Shown piece by piece: positions 63,626 to 64,000 of a stretch of DNA of 64,000 nt. The position numbers and the translations under genes are program-made. The stretch is from Candidatus Latescibacterota bacterium (GTDB lineage: Bacteria; Latescibacterota; UBA2968; UBA8231), in assembly GCA_964291625.2 (NCBI GenBank), contig OZ220089.1:2240001-2304000 (forward strand). Direction: 5' to 3'. The notes under the pieces are model-generated. The model worked only from the letters and a program-made list of their open reading frames with translations, did not search any database and was not told the origin of the DNA. Position 1 is the first letter of the stretch; every line of letters starts with the position of its first letter.

Positions 63626-64000
63626 ATGATGTACCGCGGTCCGACCGGCGAATACGCAGCCACGCTGCATGGCGATGAAGAGGTCCGGGCATTCGTGCCC
63701 CGGCCGCTGCCCCCGACCCCCCCGCTCCAGATGGAGGGCCGCCTGCAGGTGCTGCTCGAGGAGGCGACCCATGCCCTCGGCCGGCTGGACGGTGCAGCCA
63801 CGCTCCTGCCTGATCCCGGCCTCTTCATCTACAGCTACGTGCGCAAGGAGGCCGTCCTGTCCTCCCAGATCGAGGGCACGCAGTCGTCCCTGTCAGACCT
63901 CCTGCGCTTCGAGTCAGCCCATGCTCCGGGCGCTCCGGTCCAGGATGTCCTCGAGGTATCGAGGTATGTGAAGGCCGTGGACCACGCGACCGCCCAACTC
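63626..64000 (+). CDS. Fic-family protein (class II, N-terminal Fic_N/DUF4172 domain), 3'-truncated by the window edge; absent from the ORF track
   Basis: Translated by hand: MMYRGPTG...AFVPRPLPP...LGRLDG...LLPDPGLFIYSYVRKEAVLSSQIEGTQSSLSDLL. Contains the inhibitory SxxxEG motif and a GGAGG RBS. Confidence 0.9.
   Translation, partial: MMYRGPTGEYAATLHGDEEVRAFVPRPLPPTPPLQMEGRLQVLLEEATHALGRLDGAATLLPDPGLFIYSYVRKEAVLSSQIEGTQSSLSDLLRFESAHAPGAPVQDVLEVSRYVKAVDHATAQL

Noticed and set aside
1-64000. CRISPR array, tRNA/rRNA, IS or prophage genes
   Set aside because: I saw no regularly spaced repeats, tRNA T-loop signature, transposase, integrase or phage structural motifs by eye. A tool-based scan could still find weak cases.

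Overview
This is a gene-dense, high-GC bacterial window with about 54 genes. It contains no rRNA, tRNA, CRISPR array or intact mobile element that I can recognise. The content is mostly catabolic/accessory: heparinase II/III-like, PL2-like lyase, sulfatase, GH32, three PhyH-family dioxygenases, three Gfo/Idh/MocA oxidoreductases, an amidohydrolase and an enolase-superfamily enzyme. It also holds a TonB receptor with a binding protein, an Amt-like channel, a GmrSD-type defence nuclease, a VapBC module, hrpA, mscS, ogt and a partial Fic gene. A PorU-like C25 peptidase and FlgD-Ig/T9SS-like C-terminal domains suggest an FCB-group organism such as Latescibacterota or Gemmatimonadota (inference, not verified). 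The standout is at 60.0-63.0 kb. Two ORF-track fragments (60561-60776 and 60948-61445) are one reading frame interrupted by a TGA at the nucleophilic position of a thioredoxin motif (FLGNT-U-PYC), followed by a SECIS-like hairpin. The predicted product is an exported selenoprotein with a T9SS-like sorting domain. It lies between an exported TlpA (WCKPC) and a DUF6029-like outer-membrane barrel with a C-terminal CxGGxC, which suggests a selenium-based envelope/cell-surface redox relay. Secondary observations are repeated leaderless-type promoters (TANNNT 5-7 nt before ATG), a sigma-54 promoter ahead of a small orphan gene, a divergent Amt with a small membrane partner and an amidase, and a 60-bp tandem repeat whose CGA/TGA difference separates two in-frame genes. 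All family assignments come from motif recognition by eye, not from database searches.
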